Counted from the stretch's first letter, positions 1-9,467 are shown. The stretch: DNA of 21,332 nucleotides from Chthonomonadales bacterium (GCA_049967475.1 JBMFSQ010000018.1:1-21332), one strand, 5' to 3'. Notes: generated from the letters alone by a model not told the origin. A program made the numbers and translations.

Positions 1-56
1 GGGGGGAATACAAGGGGGGGCCACATCCCCCCGTCTACGCGGGCCGCACAAGCGTG

Positions 57-86
57 TTGACATGCCTGGCAGCCGGCGGGTATGAT
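57..86 (+). promoter_or_regulatory. sigma70-type promoter for the G5/3D gene and rsmA
   Basis: TTGACA at 57-62, 18-nt spacer, TATGAT at 81-86. Confidence 0.75.
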
Positions 87-223
87 GCTAATTCCAGCCG
101 GACAAAAGACACTTTGCCCCGTTCCGGCGTGGCACAAAAGGAGGAAACCGGGCTTTACCAAGATGTATGTCGTGCGCCGGCTTCGAGCAAGTCGTGCGCT
201 GTGAGCGGAAAGGAGGGACGACT

Positions 224-910
224 GTGTCCATTCCAGGCTCTGCTCGGAAGGCATTGGGCGTAATCGCAGGCTTCACAGGGCTCTGCATTCTGGCCCCGGT
301 TCTGCGTGGAGCGCCCCAATCCCCGAGCAGCACAAGCAGCCGATCCGAACCAACCGAAACGGTGAAGAAGATCGAGCAACGCGAGCCGATCCCTTATCCC
401 ACCCTCAGGCGAACCAGCTTTGAACTGCGCAACGGAACCAGCAAGACCGTTCGCGCCGGGATAAACGGCGAAAAGCAGGTGATTTACCGGGTTACCTACA
501 TCGGTGACCGCGAGGTCCGGCGCGAGATCGTGTCCGCAAAGGTTGTACGCAAACCCGTGCCGGAAGTTGTGGCCATCGGGAGGCGAAGATATGTGGCCTC
601 TCGCGGCTTCTTCTCGGGCCGCAAGGTGCTCACCATGATTGCCACGGGATACGACGCCAGCCCCGCATCCAACGGCGGCAGCAGGTCCGGCCGCAGCGCC
701 ACAGGATTGCGCATCGGCCATGGCGTAGTCGCTGTAGACCCCCACTACATCCCCCTGGGGACGCGCCTCTACATCGAAGGCTACGGGTACGCCGTAGCTG
801 CGGACACCGGCAGGGCCATCAAGGGGAACCGTATTGACCTGGGCCATGACAGCCGCGCCGCCGCCGAACGGGTAGGCCGGCGCAAAGTGATCGTACACAT
901 TCTGGATTGA
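224..910 (+). CDS. G5 + 3D domain cell-wall protein (YabE/Sps-like putative lytic transglycosylase)
   Basis: SD AGGAGG at 211-216 precedes an in-frame GTG at 224. N-terminal hydrophobic segment, G5-like region (EPIPY..VRAGINGEK..KPVPEVVAIG), and 3D domain (ATGY..VAVDPHYIPLGT..AADTGRAIKGNRIDL). Confidence 0.85.
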   Translation: MSIPGSARKALGVIAGFTGLCILAPVLRGAPQSPSSTSSRSEPTETVKKIEQREPIPYPTLRRTSFELRNGTSKTVRAGINGEKQVIYRVTYIGDREVRREIVSAKVVRKPVPEVVAIGRRRYVASRGFFSGRKVLTMIATGYDASPASNGGSRSGRSATGLRIGHGVVAVDPHYIPLGTRLYIEGYGYAVAADTGRAIKGNRIDLGHDSRAAAERVGRRKVIVHILD

Positions 911-937
911 CCCATCAGCCCGCGTAAGCCTCATCCC

Positions 938-1852
938 ATGGAAGCACCCGACCTCGCCGGCCTGGATCCGGCTACCCCTTCGGGTGCTTCCGCGCTTCTC
1001 GGCGCGTACCGCGTTACCCCGCGGAAGCGATGGGGTCAAAGCTTCCTCGTGGATCGCAATGTGCTCCACCGCATCGCCGATTTGGCCGCCATCCAGCCGC
1101 ACGAGCGCGTTCTGGAAATCGGTGCCGGCCTGGGAGCCCTCACCCGGTGTCTGGCACAACGGGCCTCGCACGTCACAACCGTGGAAGTAGACGCCCGGCT
1201 GGAGCCCATCCTCCGGAGCGCGATGGAAGGCATCCCAAATGCCTCCCTGATCATGGCAGACTTCCTCCGGCTGGACACGGCGCAGCTTTTGAAGGAAGCG
1301 TTCCTTTGCGGTCTGGGGGCCGTTGTTGCCAACATTCCGTATTCCATCACCACTCCGATCCTCGAGCGCCTCTTGTCGCACAAGCGCCTTATCTCCCGCA
1401 TGGTACTTCTGATGCAGCAAGAGGTGGCCGACAGGCTCGCTGCACACCCGGGCACCGATGCCTACGGATCCATGAGCGTCTTTGCACAGTACCACGCCCG
1501 CGTAGAGATCTTGGGCACGGTACCCCCCAGCGTCTTCCTTCCCCGGCCGGAGGTGTCCTCGTCAATCGTGCGCCTTACCCCAATCCTCCCCGGCGCTGTA
1601 GCCGTTGCCGATGAGGACCTTTTCTTCCAGGTGGTGCGGTGCGCATTCGGCCAGCGGCGCAAAACTTTGGCCAACGCCCTTCGGCGCCTTCTTCCCAACC
1701 TGGATGCACCCCGCGTAGCCGAAGTCTTCCTGAAGGCCCAATTGGACGCCGGCCGCCGCGGCGAAACTCTCGGATTGGAGGAGTTCGCACAGCTAGCCTC
1801 TGCGGTCAACGCTGTGCACGGCACAAATCGGGATCTTTCCCCTGGCCAATAG
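938..1852 (+). CDS. rsmA: 16S rRNA m6,2A dimethyltransferase RsmA/KsgA
   Basis: KRWGQSFL, LEIGAGLGALT SAM motif, VVANIPYSITTP, QQEVADRL, F.PRPEVSS, FGQRRKTL.N. Confidence 0.95.
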   Translation: MEAPDLAGLDPATPSGASALLGAYRVTPRKRWGQSFLVDRNVLHRIADLAAIQPHERVLEIGAGLGALTRCLAQRASHVTTVEVDARLEPILRSAMEGIPNASLIMADFLRLDTAQLLKEAFLCGLGAVVANIPYSITTPILERLLSHKRLISRMVLLMQQEVADRLAAHPGTDAYGSMSVFAQYHARVEILGTVPPSVFLPRPEVSSSIVRLTPILPGAVAVADEDLFFQVVRCAFGQRRKTLANALRRLLPNLDAPRVAEVFLKAQLDAGRRGETLGLEEFAQLASAVNAVHGTNRDLSPGQ

Positions 1853-1887
1853 CGTCCTCCCGGCAAGGACGCCCACAAAGGCAAGGG

Positions 1888-1916
1888 TTGACACGGGCCG
1901 CCCCCTGCGGTACAAT
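1888..1916 (+). promoter_or_regulatory. sigma70-type promoter of the pyr operon
   Basis: TTGACA at 1888-1893, 17-nt spacer, TACAAT at 1911-1916. Confidence 0.85.
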
Positions 1917-1957
1917 GAGCGCTGGATGAGTACGACGTGAGGAGCCCTCGCGGCTCC

Positions 1958-2000
1958 GCGCCCCTTTAAATGTGTGCCCGGTGAGGCCAACGAAGGGCGA
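1958..2000 (+). promoter_or_regulatory. PyrR-binding RNA (anti-antiterminator) in the pyr leader
   Basis: CCCTTTAA...GCCCGGTGAGGCC...GAAGGG resembles the PyrR binding loop (CUUUAA..AGUCCNGNGAGGCU..AAGG). The outer stem pairs, and the element lies upstream of pyrR. Confidence 0.8.
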
Positions 2001-2062
2001 GCCAACAGAGGCTGATTAGGCGCAACCAGAACAAAGCGCCCAGCTCGTTGCCACCGTTTGCG

Positions 2063-2104
2063 ACGCCTTCCCGGCGGGGCGCATTCCCGCGGGAGGGCGT
2101 TTCG
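2063..2104 (+). terminator. Attenuator terminator hairpin of the pyr leader
   Basis: ACGCCTTCCC pairs with GGGAGGGCGT, with inner stem GCGGG/CCCGC and a short T run. Its 5' arm (CGCCTTC) can alternatively pair with GAAGGGCG of the PyrR site. Confidence 0.7.
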
Positions 2105-2132
2105 TGTATCTGCGCGCGTGAGGAGCGATGCG

Positions 2133-2663
2133 ATGGAACGCAAACAGGTAATGGATGCCGATGACATCCGGCGTGCCGTCGTGCGCATCGCCCACGAGAT
2201 CCTTGAGAAAAACCGAGGACCCCACAACCTGGCCCTCATCGGCATTCTGCGGCGGGGCGCACCCCTTGCAGACCGCATCGGAGCAGCCATCGCCCGCATC
2301 GAAGGTGTAGAGGTGGATGTGGGCCGGCTGGATATCGCCCTCTACCGCGACGATTACCCGCAAAGGCGGCCGGCCGTAGGTGTGTCGCGTGTGCCCTTCG
2401 ATATCACCGATAAGCGCATCATCCTGGTGGACGACGTGCTCTTTACAGGCCGCACGGTCCGGGCCGCTATAAGCGCCCTCATGGATCTTGGGCGGCCCGC
2501 AGCCATCCAGCTTGCGGTCCTGGCTGACCGCGGCCACCGGGAATTGCCCATCCGGCCCGACTATGTGGGCAAGAACCTCCCAACGGCCCTCTCCGAGCAC
2601 GTGGAGGTGCACCTGGCGGAGATTGACGGTGAGGATGCCGTATTCATTCGAAGGCAGGATTGA
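2133..2663 (+). CDS. pyrR: Bifunctional pyrimidine attenuation regulator / uracil phosphoribosyltransferase PyrR
   Basis: SD AGGAG at 2121-2125, ATG at 2133. Motifs [48 protein letters not shown]. Confidence 0.96.
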   Translation: MERKQVMDADDIRRAVVRIAHEILEKNRGPHNLALIGILRRGAPLADRIGAAIARIEGVEVDVGRLDIALYRDDYPQRRPAVGVSRVPFDITDKRIILVDDVLFTGRTVRAAISALMDLGRPAAIQLAVLADRGHRELPIRPDYVGKNLPTALSEHVEVHLAEIDGEDAVFIRRQD

Positions 2664-2697
2664 GGAAGGGAGCCACATGCTGCATCAGGAGGGAACC

Positions 2698-3693
2698 ATG
2701 CGCCACCTGCTGAGCCTTCGGGCCACAGACGCTGCCGACATACGGCGCATCCTTGAGACCGCTGCGGCATTCAAGGAGATCCTGGAGCGACCGGTGAAGA
2801 AGACCCCTACACTGCGGGGCCGATCCGTAGTAACGCTCTTCTACGAGCCCTCCACACGAACGCGCACCTCTTTCGAACTCGCCGCCAAAATCATGAGCGC
2901 CGAGGCGGTGAACATCAGCGTGGCGCAATCCTCGGTTACCAAAGGGGAGTCACTCAAGGACACGCTCCTCACCCTCCAGTCCCTTACAGCCGATTGCCTC
3001 GTGATGCGGCACCCTTCGTCCGGTGCGGCCGAGCTGGCCGCCCGATACGTGCACGTGCCCGTCATCAACGCCGGGGACGGATGCCACGAACACCCAACGC
3101 AAGCCCTGTTGGACATCCTGACCATTTGGGAGCACAAGGTCGTGGGCCGGGAAGATGACACGTACCCGCGCGCGCTCTCTACCGAGCATGCCTTCGACTT
3201 GACCGGCCTCACTGTGGCCATCGTCGGCGACGTGGCTCACAGCCGGGTCGCGCGATCCAACCTGTGGGGCCTCACGCGCCTAGGCGCTTCCGTTCGGTGG
3301 ATAGGGCCCAGCACCCTCCTGCCCCCAGACGCACGCAGATTGCCCGTCACGGTCTACACCGACTTGCGGGACGGCATCCGCGGCGCCGACGTGGTGATGG
3401 CCTTGCGATTGCAAACGGAGCGTATGGAAAAAGGCCTCCTGCCGAGCGTGCGCGAATATGCCCGCAACTGGTGCATCACTCCGGAAGCGCTTAAAAGCGC
3501 CAAACCCGACGTGCTCGTGATGCACCCGGGGCCCATGAACCGGGGTGTGGAGATCTCTTCCGAGGTTGCCGACGGCGCCGGAGGCATCCGAGCCGCCATG
3601 AACCGCCAGGTGACCAATGGCGTGGCCGTACGGATGGCGTGCCTCTACCTGCTCATGGGTTCCAGGATCACCCAATCGGAGGTGGCGGAATGA
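2698..3693 (+). CDS. pyrB: Aspartate carbamoyltransferase catalytic subunit
   Basis: FYEPSTRTRTSFE, KGESLKDT, INAGDG..EHPTQALLD, HSRVARS, MHPGPMNRG. SD AGGAGG precedes ATG 2698; an alternative in-frame ATG lies at 2677. Confidence 0.96.
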   Translation: MRHLLSLRATDAADIRRILETAAAFKEILERPVKKTPTLRGRSVVTLFYEPSTRTRTSFELAAKIMSAEAVNISVAQSSVTKGESLKDTLLTLQSLTADCLVMRHPSSGAAELAARYVHVPVINAGDGCHEHPTQALLDILTIWEHKVVGREDDTYPRALSTEHAFDLTGLTVAIVGDVAHSRVARSNLWGLTRLGASVRWIGPSTLLPPDARRLPVTVYTDLRDGIRGADVVMALRLQTERMEKGLLPSVREYARNWCITPEALKSAKPDVLVMHPGPMNRGVEISSEVADGAGGIRAAMNRQVTNGVAVRMACLYLLMGSRITQSEVAE

Positions 3694-4982
3694 CCCGAAG
3701 CGACGGACCCACGAGGCTCATCCTGGCAGGCGGCCGCATCGTGGATCCTTCCCAGAACCTAGATCAGGTGGGCGACCTTGTCATCGAGGATGGGCACGTG
3801 GCCCAAATCCTTCCTTCCGGTTCCTCGGCCCAAGGGATTGTGCGCCGGGTAGACGGCAAGCTCGTAACGCCCGGCCTCATAGACCTCCACGTACACCTCC
3901 GCGAGCCCGGCTACGAATACAAGGAAGATATTGAAAGCGGCACCAGGGCCGCCGCAGCCGGAGGCTTTACGGCTGTATGCTGTATGCCCAACACAAACCC
4001 GCCCATAGACAACCCTTCTGTGGTGCGCTACATCCTGCAGCGGGCCCGAGAAGCAGGCTTCGCGCGCGTCTATCCTGTGGCAGCGGTTACCTGCAGCATG
4101 GGGCCCAACCAGCTTTCCGAAATGGCAGACCTCAAAGCCGCCGGAGCGGTGGCGGTATCCGATGACGCCTTCCCGATCCAGAATGCCCAGACCATGCGCC
4201 ATGCCATGGAATACTGCTCCCAATTCGGCCTGGTGCTCATGACGCACAACGAAGAGAAGTCCCTAACCGAAGGCGGCTCCATGAATGAAGGGTATGTGGC
4301 CACCATGCTGGGCGTCCACGGCATGCCCCGCGTATCCGAGGACATCGCCGCCGCCCGAAACATCCTGCTGGCGGCCCAAACCGGATGCCGCCTCCACCTG
4401 CTGCACATCAGCACGGAAGGGACAGCCCGCCTGCTCCGAATGGCTAAAGCCGAAGGGCTTCCCGTGACAGGTGAAACGGCGCCCCACTATTGCACCCTTA
4501 CCGATGCCGCGTGTGAGGGCTTCGACGCCAACGCCAAGATGAACCCGCCCTTACGCACCACGGAAGATGTGAACGCCATCAGGAGGGCCCTCGCCGACGG
4601 CACGATAGATGCCATCGCTACGGACCACGCACCCCATGCGATCCACGAGAAGGATCAGGAATTCGACCGCGCGCCGTTCGGCATCATCGGCTTGGAGACG
4701 GCCTTCGCCCTCACGTACACCCACCTGGTGCAGACCGGCATCCTGAGCCTCTCAGATGCCGTCAGAAGGCTGAGCACAGCCCCGGCCCGCATCCTGGGGC
4801 TGCCGGGAGGAACCCTCGCTCCCGGATCGCCCGCAGACGTGGCCATCTTCGACCTGCAGGAAGAGTGGGTCGTAACGCCTGCGGAACTTCGATCCAAATC
4901 CTGCAACACCCCTTTCCTTGGCCAGCGCCTCACCGGGCGGGCCATCTTCACCGTGGTGGGCGGGCGCATCGTGGAGGTGTGA
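3690..4982 (+). CDS. pyrC: Dihydroorotase (long, type I form)
   Basis: DLHVHLREPG, MPNTNPP, HLLHIST, KMNPPLR, DAIATDHAPH. ATGA overlap with the pyrB stop. Confidence 0.95.
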   Translation: MTRSDGPTRLILAGGRIVDPSQNLDQVGDLVIEDGHVAQILPSGSSAQGIVRRVDGKLVTPGLIDLHVHLREPGYEYKEDIESGTRAAAAGGFTAVCCMPNTNPPIDNPSVVRYILQRAREAGFARVYPVAAVTCSMGPNQLSEMADLKAAGAVAVSDDAFPIQNAQTMRHAMEYCSQFGLVLMTHNEEKSLTEGGSMNEGYVATMLGVHGMPRVSEDIAAARNILLAAQTGCRLHLLHISTEGTARLLRMAKAEGLPVTGETAPHYCTLTDAACEGFDANAKMNPPLRTTEDVNAIRRALADGTIDAIATDHAPHAIHEKDQEFDRAPFGIIGLETAFALTYTHLVQTGILSLSDAVRRLSTAPARILGLPGGTLAPGSPADVAIFDLQEEWVVTPAELRSKSCNTPFLGQRLTGRAIFTVVGGRIVEV

Positions 4983-6640
4983 CACCGGTCAGCATCCCTA
5001 AGCCTATGCAGACGCTCTTTGTAAACGCAAAAATCTGCACCATGGACGCGGCCTGCCCATGGGCCGATGCAATGCTCTGCGGCGGCGAGCGCATCCTTGC
5101 CGTCGGCTCCCTCACCGACCTTGCCGAACGAGCAGCGCACGACGCCCGGCATGTGGATTTAGACGGCTGCCTCGTGGTGCCCGGCTTCAACGACAGCCAC
5201 ATGCACGTGCTGGGCTACGGCCTCACGCTTCAAGAGGCGGACCTGTCGCCGCAGGCAGGGGTTACCTCGGTAGCCCTTTTGCTCGATGCGCTCCAAAGAT
5301 GGGCCGCCAGCCACGTGGATTACGAATGGATCGTCGGCAATGGATATTACCAAGAAGCGCTTGAGGAGCGGCGGCATCCCACATGCGCCGAATTGGACGC
5401 GGTGTTCCCGAACCGGCCCGTGGTGATCTTCCATGCCAGCGGGCATGCTCTCGTAGCCAACAGCATCGCCCTGCGCTTGGCAGGCATAGGGCGGGACACT
5501 CCGGACCCACCGGGCGGCCAAATCGGCAGAGACGCTTCCGGGCCCACAGGCCTCCTGCTGGAGGCTGCGATGCCCCTCCTCGAAGGCGCCATGCCGACGC
5601 CCAACCGCGCGCAGATGCAGGAGGCCATCCGCTCTGCAGCAGCCGCCCTGGCCCGCCGAGGGCTTACGGCAGCATCGGACATGAGCGTCGGCTGGTTCCA
5701 TCTTGAAGAAGAGATTGCCGCCTATCGCCACGCGGCAGATCAAGGAATTCCCCTGCGCGTCACCATCTCGCCCCTCGCTGCACGCCTGGGCTCGCCCGAC
5801 GCAATCCCGCCCAAATCCGAATTCGCAGCGTCCGCAGGATTGGAGGATGACCGTTCCTGCCTGCGCTTGGGGCCTCTCAAACTCTTCGCTGACGGAGCCA
5901 TCACCACACGCACCGCCGCCCTCCGGGAAGCCTTCACCAACGGAGCTCTCGGTATCCTTACCCACCCGCCCCAAGAGCTGGAAGACTACGTCCTCAACGC
6001 CCATCGGAATGGGTGGCAATTGGCAGTCCACGCAATCGGCGATCGGGCGATAGACCTTGTTCTCGCCTGCTTCCGGAAGGCGCAAAGCACCGGCACGCCC
6101 GGGATGCGGCGCCACCGCATCGAGCACTGCATGGTGCTGGACGAAGCGCTCATTGCCCGCATCGCAGCATTGGGTGTGGTTCCGGCCCTGCAAATGGAGT
6201 TTCTCATGCGGCTTGGTGACGCCTATGTGGCAGCCTTGGGCGCTGAACGCGCCACCCGATTGAACCCGGCAGCGTCGCTCTTGAAGGCCTCCATTCCGGT
6301 TGCCTTCGGCTCAGATTGCCCCGTGGTACCCGGTCATCCCTTGGACGGCATCCGGGCTGCGGTGGAACGCACCACAGCTTCGGGGGTTGTACTCGGCTCG
6401 TCCGAGCGCATCACCCCCCTCGATGCACTCTCGTGCTACACCAAATGGAGCGCCTACGCCGCCTTCGACGAAGCCAACATCGGCGTTCTGGCTCCCGGCC
6501 GCCGGGCAGACGCCACCGTACTGCACGGAACCGGTACCGTAGAGAGCATCGCCGGCGCACGCGTAATAGGCACAATCTTCGGAGGCGAATTCGTTGACGC
6601 GGCGCCTCATCGGCCATCATCGGAAGGATGCATACAGTGA
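4979..6640 (+). CDS. YtcJ-like metal-dependent amidohydrolase (Amidohydro_3)
   Basis: PGFNDSHMH, TPDPPGG.I, LKLFADG, HAIGDRA, RHRIEH, GSDCP, G.LAPGRRAD. GTGA overlap with pyrC; alternative ATG at 5006. Confidence 0.88.
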   Translation: MTPVSIPKPMQTLFVNAKICTMDAACPWADAMLCGGERILAVGSLTDLAERAAHDARHVDLDGCLVVPGFNDSHMHVLGYGLTLQEADLSPQAGVTSVALLLDALQRWAASHVDYEWIVGNGYYQEALEERRHPTCAELDAVFPNRPVVIFHASGHALVANSIALRLAGIGRDTPDPPGGQIGRDASGPTGLLLEAAMPLLEGAMPTPNRAQMQEAIRSAAAALARRGLTAASDMSVGWFHLEEEIAAYRHAADQGIPLRVTISPLAARLGSPDAIPPKSEFAASAGLEDDRSCLRLGPLKLFADGAITTRTAALREAFTNGALGILTHPPQELEDYVLNAHRNGWQLAVHAIGDRAIDLVLACFRKAQSTGTPGMRRHRIEHCMVLDEALIARIAALGVVPALQMEFLMRLGDAYVAALGAERATRLNPAASLLKASIPVAFGSDCPVVPGHPLDGIRAAVERTTASGVVLGSSERITPLDALSCYTKWSAYAAFDEANIGVLAPGRRADATVLHGTGTVESIAGARVIGTIFGGEFVDAAPHRPSSEGCIQ

Positions 6641-7734
6641 AAGCGCTCCTTGTGCTGGAAGACGGTACCGTATTCGAGGGGCGATCGTTGGGCGCCCCAG
6701 GCCGCACCTATGGTGAGGTGGTGTTCAACACCGGCATGACCGGGTACCAGGAGATCCTCACGGATCCCAGCTACGCCGGCCAGATTGTATGCCTCACCTA
6801 TCCCCTAATTGGGAATTACGGCATCAACAACGAGGACTTCGAGTCGCGCCGAGTGCAGGTGGAAGGCCTCGTCGTTCGAGAAGCAGCCGATTTGCCTTCC
6901 AACTGGCGGTCGGGACGCACGCTGGACCAGTACCTCAAAGAGAACAATGTCGTCGCCATCGAGGGTATAGACACTCGGGCCCTTACACGTGCGCTGCGCA
7001 TCCACGGAGTAATGATGGGCGCCATCTCTACCGACGAAACGCGCGATGAGGTCCTCGCGCGCATCCGTACCTCGCCAAAGTATTCGGGCATAGATTTCGT
7101 CCGCCGTGTCACCGCAGAGGCCCCGTACGAGTGGCCTGCCGAAGGCCAGGAACTCCATCAGGTGGCTTTGCTCGATTGCGGGGTGAAGTACAACATCATG
7201 CGGAACTTGGCCCGGCTGGGTTGCCGCACCATCGTATTCCCGTGCACAGCCCGCGCCGAGGAGATCCTGGAGCGCAATCCCGACGGCATCGTCCTCTCCC
7301 CCGGCCCCGGAGATCCGCAAACCCTGGGTTATGTGGTGGCAACGGTCAAGAAGCTTGTGGGACGCAAACCCATCATGGGAGTATGCCTGGGGAACCAGAT
7401 CCTGGGTTATGCCTTCGGGAGCCGTACCTTCAAACTCAAGTTCGGCCACCGCGGCAGCAACCACCCCGTTAAGGACCTGCTCAACGACCGCGTGTACATC
7501 ACCTCGCAAAACCATGGGTATGCAGTGGATCCCGCCGAGCTGAAGGGCGGGATGGAAGTTGCACATATCAACCTAAACGATGGAACCGTGGAAGGGCTGC
7601 GCCACCGGGAGTTGCCCATCTTCTCGATCCAGTACCACCCGGAGGCTTCGCCGGGACCCCGCGACACCAGCGGCTTCTTTGCAGAATTTGTGAACATGCT
7701 TCCCGGCCGGGGGAGCGAAGCGGCGGTGCGATGA
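6628..7734 (+). CDS. carA: Carbamoyl-phosphate synthase small (glutaminase) subunit
   Basis: LVLEDGTVFEG, GEVVFNTGMTGYQE, SPGPGDP, GVCLGNQ, FGHRG.NHPV, QYHPE. Alternative start GTG at 6637 overlaps the upstream stop. Confidence 0.97.
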   Translation: MHTVKALLVLEDGTVFEGRSLGAPGRTYGEVVFNTGMTGYQEILTDPSYAGQIVCLTYPLIGNYGINNEDFESRRVQVEGLVVREAADLPSNWRSGRTLDQYLKENNVVAIEGIDTRALTRALRIHGVMMGAISTDETRDEVLARIRTSPKYSGIDFVRRVTAEAPYEWPAEGQELHQVALLDCGVKYNIMRNLARLGCRTIVFPCTARAEEILERNPDGIVLSPGPGDPQTLGYVVATVKKLVGRKPIMGVCLGNQILGYAFGSRTFKLKFGHRGSNHPVKDLLNDRVYITSQNHGYAVDPAELKGGMEVAHINLNDGTVEGLRHRELPIFSIQYHPEASPGPRDTSGFFAEFVNMLPGRGSEAAVR

Positions 7735-9467
7735 CCCTCTCCCATTCACAAACCGCCCGCCCGGCGCCGACGTCCGCATGGATCCTGCTCGCCATCGCAG
7801 GCATCGCAGCGGTTCTGTTACGCGTAATCGCCCTTGCTTCGGATCCTTACGCCGGGCTGGACTGGTCTTCCGGGCTCCTAACCGACGAAGGCTTCTACAT
7901 CCACAACGCCCGGAACGCGGTGCTGTTTGGGCACGCAATCACAGACGGCTTCAACAACATGTTCCTATCGCCTCTGCTCCACTTGGTGCAGGTTGCCGTG
8001 TTTCGCTTGGCCGGCGTGGGATCGGTGCAGGCACGCTCCATCTCCGTAGGATGCGGGTTGGCTGCGGTAGGCGTGCTCTATTGCGGCCTCCGGCGTGCGT
8101 TTGATGTGCGCACTGCCCTGGCAGGAGCGGCCTTCCTCGGGCTGGATCACGTATTTGTGCTGTTCAATCGCATGGCCCTCATGGACACGCCCGCGGCCCT
8201 CCTCGCAGTGTGCAGCTTCTACGCTTTTGTTCGGGCTGCCGGCGCCGGCCGCGCCCGTGCCGGGCTCTGGTTCGCCCTCTGCGGACTCTTCATAGGCGCG
8301 GCCGTGGTGACGCGCGGCCTATGCCTCTATCTTGTAGCCGCACCGGCAGCGGGCATCGCCGCGCTCGGGCCCGGGGCGCCGCGCAAAGCGCTTTCGATCG
8401 CAGCAGGCGCGCTCCTGGTGCTGGCGTGGTACATCGCCGCATGGTACCTTCCCCATGCCGCTGAGATCCGCCACATGAACGCGTATTATCTGCACCACCA
8501 AATCCTGCCGGGCTCGCTGCTCCACCTGGCCCAGAACCTTTACCACGGCCTATTGGGGGACCGCCGCGGCATAGTGCCCTATCTCTTTCGCCATACGCCC
8601 GTGCTGTGGGTATTGGCTGCAACGGCCGGCGCTGCCGCCCTCCTCCGTTCGGCATCCGCCATCCGTGCCTCGGTGCAGGATGGCGAGCGCGGCAACCCTT
8701 CTGCGGGAGCATTGCGCTTCCTCGCCGCATGGTTCTGCGCAGGGATGGCGGCCCTTGCGGCCGTGAGCTATTCGCCGGGCCGCTACTCGGTGACGCTCTG
8801 GCCCGCCCTCTGCGGCCTGGCCGCAACCGCTTTCTTCGCTCCGGGCGTGCCCCAGCAACTTTGGCGCGACAGAGGGTCTGCGGGGTTGATCGCCCTGGCG
8901 GCCATCGCCTGGGTCGCAGCCTATCATGCAGACGAGGCGCTGTTCGGCCGCGAAGGGCCCATCCGCCAGATGCTCCTCTACCTGCTCCCCTCGCTGGCGG
9001 CGGCATCCGTTCTGTTGTGGAAAATGCGGGGCTACGCGGTTCCTGCTCCAGGCGCCTGGTCGCGATGGATGGTCTTCGGGGCAGCAGCACTGTGGATCAT
9101 CGTAGATGCCGCATGGCTGGCCGACTGGGCCGGACATATTCGGTACGCCCAACGGGACCTCTCCCTGTGGCTGGGCTCGCACGTGCCTGCCCGGGCCGCC
9201 GCCCTCGGCGATGTAGCTCCCGGATTGTGCATGGATAACCGCCTCAAAGCCGTGAGCGTAATCCCCGGCCTCTGCAACGACGCCGACCCGCTGGCGCGCT
9301 TCCGTGGCGAGGGCACCGTCATAGCGATCATGGATGGAGTTCATCAAGAGAAGTGGTGGGTGCGCACCTATCCCGGCGTTGTAAAAGCCGCCCGGCGCAT
9401 CCGCCTCGCACGCGTCATAAAATGGGATATCGGCATCTACCCCGTCCAGGAAAGGAGATCCCCATGA
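7731..9467 (+). CDS. Multi-pass membrane glycosyltransferase, ArnT/PMT-like (GT-C fold)
   Basis: TDEGFY..NA after the first TM, PLLH..Q, R..S motif, many hydrophobic helices, PGRY motif. ATGA overlap with carA. Confidence 0.75.
   Translation: MTLSHSQTARPAPTSAWILLAIAGIAAVLLRVIALASDPYAGLDWSSGLLTDEGFYIHNARNAVLFGHAITDGFNNMFLSPLLHLVQVAVFRLAGVGSVQARSISVGCGLAAVGVLYCGLRRAFDVRTALAGAAFLGLDHVFVLFNRMALMDTPAALLAVCSFYAFVRAAGAGRARAGLWFALCGLFIGAAVVTRGLCLYLVAAPAAGIAALGPGAPRKALSIAAGALLVLAWYIAAWYLPHAAEIRHMNAYYLHHQILPGSLLHLAQNLYHGLLGDRRGIVPYLFRHTPVLWVLAATAGAAALLRSASAIRASVQDGERGNPSAGALRFLAAWFCAGMAALAAVSYSPGRYSVTLWPALCGLAATAFFAPGVPQQLWRDRGSAGLIALAAIAWVAAYHADEALFGREGPIRQMLLYLLPSLAAASVLLWKMRGYAVPAPGAWSRWMVFGAAALWIIVDAAWLADWAGHIRYAQRDLSLWLGSHVPARAAALGDVAPGLCMDNRLKAVSVIPGLCNDADPLARFRGEGTVIAIMDGVHQEKWWVRTYPGVVKAARRIRLARVIKWDIGIYPVQERRSP

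Noticed and set aside
1030..1048. RsmA GQSFL instead of the usual GQNFL/GQHFL
   Set aside because: A single substitution, with SAM-binding and NIPY motifs intact, is not enough to claim altered function.
155..1495. 446-aa minus-strand ORF
   Set aside because: Antisense shadow of the G5/3D gene and rsmA. No recognisable motifs, and such ORFs are expected in GC-rich DNA.
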